NCBI GenBank assembly: GCA_019058445.1
Contig: JAHPZA010000010.1
Location: 256,001-320,000, forward strand
From: Promethearchaeota archaeon
Lineage (GTDB): Archaea > Asgardarchaeota > Lokiarchaeia > Sigyniarchaeales > SOKP01
Reading direction: 5' to 3'
Length of the DNA: 64,000 nucleotides
Both the position numbers and the translations under genes were made by a program. The stretch's first letter is position 1. The number at the start of each line of letters is the position of its first letter. The notes beneath the pieces are model-generated. The model was not told the origin of the DNA. It saw only the letters and a program-made list of their open reading frames with translations, and did no database searches. Positions 60,657-64,000 of the stretch are shown here, piece after piece.

Positions 60657-61712
60657 CTATAATTTGATAATTCTTTTCATAAATGAATATAATCCACTGA
60701 TTTTCGCTTTGAATTTGATAAAATTATTATCGGATAGTAATCTTTTTAATTTAAATAAATCCGTATTTGAAGTATTTAATCCGCTTATTGTGGTGACACC
60801 TGTCAGATATTCGTATTTTTTTGCAAACCTTATCGTTATATCATTAAATGCTCCAGCAGGATAGCATAAATGATTTATTTTATATCCTACATAATTTTCG
60901 ATTTCAATCTTTGCTTCATATAATTCTTTTTCAAATTCTTCCTTTTTTTTCAAACTAGGTAGATTGGGATGGCTTTTTGTATGTGATCCGATTTCTAGAA
61001 TAGTTCTGTCTAATGATGCGATTTCTTTGGATTCTGCTAAAATATACTCTTCAGGTATATTAGAGAATGAAGATAGTTTATTAGGAATTTGAAATTGCTT
61101 TAAATGTTGGATTCTTTCATCATTACCTAAAGATTTTAACCTTTCTTTGATATCATTAATGCAATACTTTATCATTTTATTAGAAAATAAAGGATATTCA
61201 ATATTTTTATCTTTGAATTTGAAATTCAAAGTAGAGTTTTTATAATTTAGAATAGTAAGTTCGATATAATCTGTCCATAATAATTGGTTACTATCTATTA
61301 AATCAGATATAACATAAAAACATCCTTTTAAATTATATTTTTTCATTAATGGATAAGCATTCTTAATAATATTTTTAAAACCATCATCAAAACTAAAGAT
61401 CACAGTTTTGGATTTGATTTTCTTTTTACTATATATTGTTTTTATCAATTCTGTTAATGTAAAGAAGCTATACCCCTTCCTTTTAAGATATTTGATTTGT
61501 TTTTCAAATTCTGATTTTGCGATATGTCTTGTCGAGAAAGAGATAAAACGATGACTTACTCCATGGTACCATAAAATAATATATTTTTTACGATTTAACA
61601 ATCTAAAAAATTCGTTAAAAAAAAAAAAATCTAAAGTTTTTAGTAGTATATCCCTTATTATAAAAATTTTATAATCTGGTATACACTGAATGATATTTCT
61701 ATAAAACCTCAA
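60657..61712 (-). CDS. Polysaccharide deacetylase (CE4/NodB family)
   Basis: LWYHGV, SFDDG, GSHTKSH, CYPAG. Confidence 0.9.
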   Translation of the reverse strand: MRFYRNIIQCIPDYKIFIIRDILLKTLDFFFFNEFFRLLNRKKYIILWYHGVSHRFISFSTRHIAKSEFEKQIKYLKRKGYSFFTLTELIKTIYSKKKIKSKTVIFSFDDGFKNIIKNAYPLMKKYNLKGCFYVISDLIDSNQLLWTDYIELTILNYKNSTLNFKFKDKNIEYPLFSNKMIKYCINDIKERLKSLGNDERIQHLKQFQIPNKLSSFSNIPEEYILAESKEIASLDRTILEIGSHTKSHPNLPSLKKKEEFEKELYEAKIEIENYVGYKINHLCYPAGAFNDITIRFAKKYEYLTGVTTISGLNTSNTDLFKLKRLLSDNNFIKFKAKISGLYSFMKRIIKL

Positions 61713-61924
61713 CGAAGTTAATCCACTTAATGAAATTTTTAATATCTAAGTAAATATTAATAGTCTTTATTAGTATTTTTATGTTTTTTTTTTAAGCCAT
61801 CACGGAACATTACAATTTTCCAGTAATCTTAAGTTTTTTGTTGAATGTAGTAGAAAATTTTTAACAGATATTATTAGATTTTAATAATTTTTGTTCTTTA
61901 TTCTATAAATACGCAATATTATAG

Positions 61925-61967
61925 GAGGATAAAATTTTGCTATTAAAAAAAAATAAAATTTATCCTC
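61925..61967. promoter_or_regulatory. Inverted repeat GAGGATAAA-N25-TTTATCCTC in a divergent intergenic region
   Basis: 9-bp perfect arms at 61925-61933 and 61959-61967; function inferred only from position. Confidence 0.25.
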
Positions 61968-62047
61968 TCTTTACTTATATTGAACTTAATTAATGAGATT
62001 TTTTATCAATGATTTATTGATAATATCGAACATATAGCATTTTCACG

Positions 62048-63235
62048 GTGATTTTTATTCACATTTGTATAATCTTATTTGCAACCCATTCGAATGAAAG
62101 TTTAAATCAGAAAGTCGGAGGAATCGCAAATCAGGTTTTACAACTACTTCCTGCTTATGAAAAGATTAAGGATCTCAAAGTTTCAGTATTTTCTAAATAT
62201 TCAAAATATAAACCAAATACCACGAGAGTTAAAATCTATAATATACAAAAATTTAGTAATATTCAGAAATTCGCTCTTCGAACAGTCAATACAATCTATT
62301 TTTATCTTAGATTTTTTATAACAGTTAAAAAGCTAGCTAAAGAAAATCCAATACACGTAATTCATCAGCAAAATTATGGTTTTTATTTAATGGGACCATT
62401 AATTGTAGCTAAAATTTTACATATTCCAATTTTAGTCAAAACCCCTGCTGATATAAGAAGTCATATGATACACGCATATCTAACAAGGCGTCATGGAATA
62501 ATAACAAAGATGTTGATTTATGGTTGGTTTAATTTTTTTAAAAAAATCATTATTAAAAAAATTGATTTTATACAAGCTTTAAATGATCGAATTTATCAAG
62601 ATTTAATTTCTTTAAATTTTCCAAGAGAAAATATTTTAAAATTACCAAATGGAATTTCTCTTGATTATTTCCAAAATATTAAGAAAATAAATAAGAAATT
62701 TACTGCTTTTGGGTATATAGGGAGGCTGGAAAAACATAAAAATGTCAATTTTTTATTGCATACATTTAAGGAATATTTAAAAATATATCCATCCGATAAA
62801 TTATATATTTTTGGAAAAGGACCCGAGTACAAAAATATAACCACTATTATCAGTGAGAATGCCTTAGATCAAAATGTAGTAGTCTTTGGATTTGAAAATG
62901 ATAAAAATAAGATGTATTCCAATATTGATGTGCTAATAAATCCTTCTTATGGTGAAGGTATTTCCAATGTGATTTTGGAAGCAATGAGCACAGATACGTT
63001 TGTCATTGCTTCTAATGTTCATGGGAATAATGATATTATTGTACATAAATTCTCTGGTTTACTTTTTAATCCACATATGCAAAAAGAGTTATTAGAGCAA
63101 TTATTTTTTTATAAAGAAAATTCTAAAGCTGTTCAAAATATTCTCTTGAATGCTAAAAATGAAATATTAATTAAATATGAGATCAACGCAATTGCAAAAA
63201 GTATATTTGAGTTTTTAAAAACCAAATTGCATTAA
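62048..63235 (+). CDS. GT4 glycosyltransferase
   Basis: LPNGI, YIGRLEKHKN, PSYGEGISNVILEAMS; paralogue of 13597..14763. Confidence 0.9.
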   Translation: MIFIHICIILFATHSNESLNQKVGGIANQVLQLLPAYEKIKDLKVSVFSKYSKYKPNTTRVKIYNIQKFSNIQKFALRTVNTIYFYLRFFITVKKLAKENPIHVIHQQNYGFYLMGPLIVAKILHIPILVKTPADIRSHMIHAYLTRRHGIITKMLIYGWFNFFKKIIIKKIDFIQALNDRIYQDLISLNFPRENILKLPNGISLDYFQNIKKINKKFTAFGYIGRLEKHKNVNFLLHTFKEYLKIYPSDKLYIFGKGPEYKNITTIISENALDQNVVVFGFENDKNKMYSNIDVLINPSYGEGISNVILEAMSTDTFVIASNVHGNNDIIVHKFSGLLFNPHMQKELLEQLFFYKENSKAVQNILLNAKNEILIKYEINAIAKSIFEFLKTKLH

Positions 63236-63311
63236 TGCTGTTAATGAATTTCTAACAAATTCCTTGATAAAAATTTATAATTTGATATCCAGATTAATTA
63301 TAATTGGAGTT

Positions 63312-64000
63312 TTAAAAACTTTTATTAGAGTTCTTATTTTTTATGGCTAAATTTTCATATAACAACTTTATTAATGCTTTAATATTTAACATCAACTTAA
63401 AATATTTAATATCATCACGTTTTATAGCTTTTAGAAGATATAAAATTCCAAAATAGAATGTTAAATTAACAACAATAAAAATAGGAATTAAATAAATATA
63501 TTCAATTAAATTTAATGAGAATGGAAAAATGAAGTTTAGTGCCAAGACTACTAATATAGCGAATAGATATAAAAAAATTTGAAAGTTAAAACCATAACCA
63601 TACTTTTTCCATAAAATAAAACGATATATGGGGGAATATGTTGCATAACCAAACAATACTGCTAAAGCAACACCGTTAATTCCTAAATTCAAGCCATTAG
63701 GTGCAATAAAAAGTACTGTAAGAAAAATGGTATAGAGATCACCTATAATTTTTATTGAAGAATATAATTTAGTTAATCCTTTAGCATTTAATTCAGCAAA
63801 AACAGGAATATCATTTATCCAAATAAAATAAGATAAGATTAAAATATTAAAGACAAAAATGGATGGCTTATATATGTCCCCAATCAATAAAATAATTAAT
63901 TCATCCGAATACAAAAACGATAAGAGAACGACTGCTCCCCATAATATACAAGAATATTTTGATATTTTTTTTATTAATTCCTTATTCTTTTCCAACTTAT
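63312..64000 (-). CDS. Oligosaccharide flippase, C-terminal part; begins outside the window
   Basis: Frame is open to the window edge; LLIGDIY, LGINGVALA and the TM pattern match a Wzx/MATE C-terminus. Confidence 0.75.
   Translation of the reverse strand, partial: KLEKNKELIKKISKYSCILWGAVVLLSFLYSDELIILLIGDIYKPSIFVFNILILSYFIWINDIPVFAELNAKGLTKLYSSIKIIGDLYTIFLTVLFIAPNGLNLGINGVALAVLFGYATYSPIYRFILWKKYGYGFNFQIFLYLFAILVVLALNFIFPFSLNLIEYIYLIPIFIVVNLTFYFGILYLLKAIKRDDIKYFKLMLNIKALIKLLYENLAIKNKNSNKSF

Noticed and set aside
6780-60864. Short (60-90 aa) ORFs in the track overlapping larger genes, e.g. 6780..6971, 9207..9479, 11019..11231, 16675..16935, 27584..27850, 29141..29413, 42006..42278, 46295..46561, 59000..59236
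   Set aside because: Antisense or alternate-frame shadows of well-supported CDSs, with no recognisable motifs

Overview
Very AT-rich 64 kb window that is almost entirely a cell-surface glycan biosynthesis and decoration island. It contains no rRNA, tRNA, CRISPR array or intact mobile element that I can see. Composition, GGTGA/GGAG ribosome-binding sites, frequent strand switching and protein style suggest an archaeon, probably Asgard/Lokiarchaeia; this is inference, as no marker gene is present. It encodes about 11 GT4 and 3 GT2 glycosyltransferases, 3 flippases (two cut by the window edges), about 7 multi-TM GT-C-type proteins, a WbpE/WbpB/WbpD-like diamino-uronate operon, and many tailoring enzymes (PIG-L and CE4 deacetylases, GNAT and HGSNAT-like acyltransferases, WbqC, methyl- and sulfotransferases, radical SAM, a Cys-less asparagine-synthase homologue, an IPCT-like cytidylyltransferase). 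Three modules stand out. (1) An ACP / acyl-ligase / Fe-ADH-LuxE fusion / LuxC operon with its own PPTase and MaoC hydratase, colinear with the Vibrio cholerae O1 rfbKLMN tetronate pathway but with a different fusion boundary. (2) Three paralogues of the actinobacterial arabinofuranosyltransferase AftA. (3) A VTC polyphosphate polymerase plus DUF4956 pair flanked by two membrane-anchored CotH kinases. Also seen: two unannotated pseudogene remnants, probable non-canonical start codons (ATA, CTG) and a heptamer-based tandem repeat.
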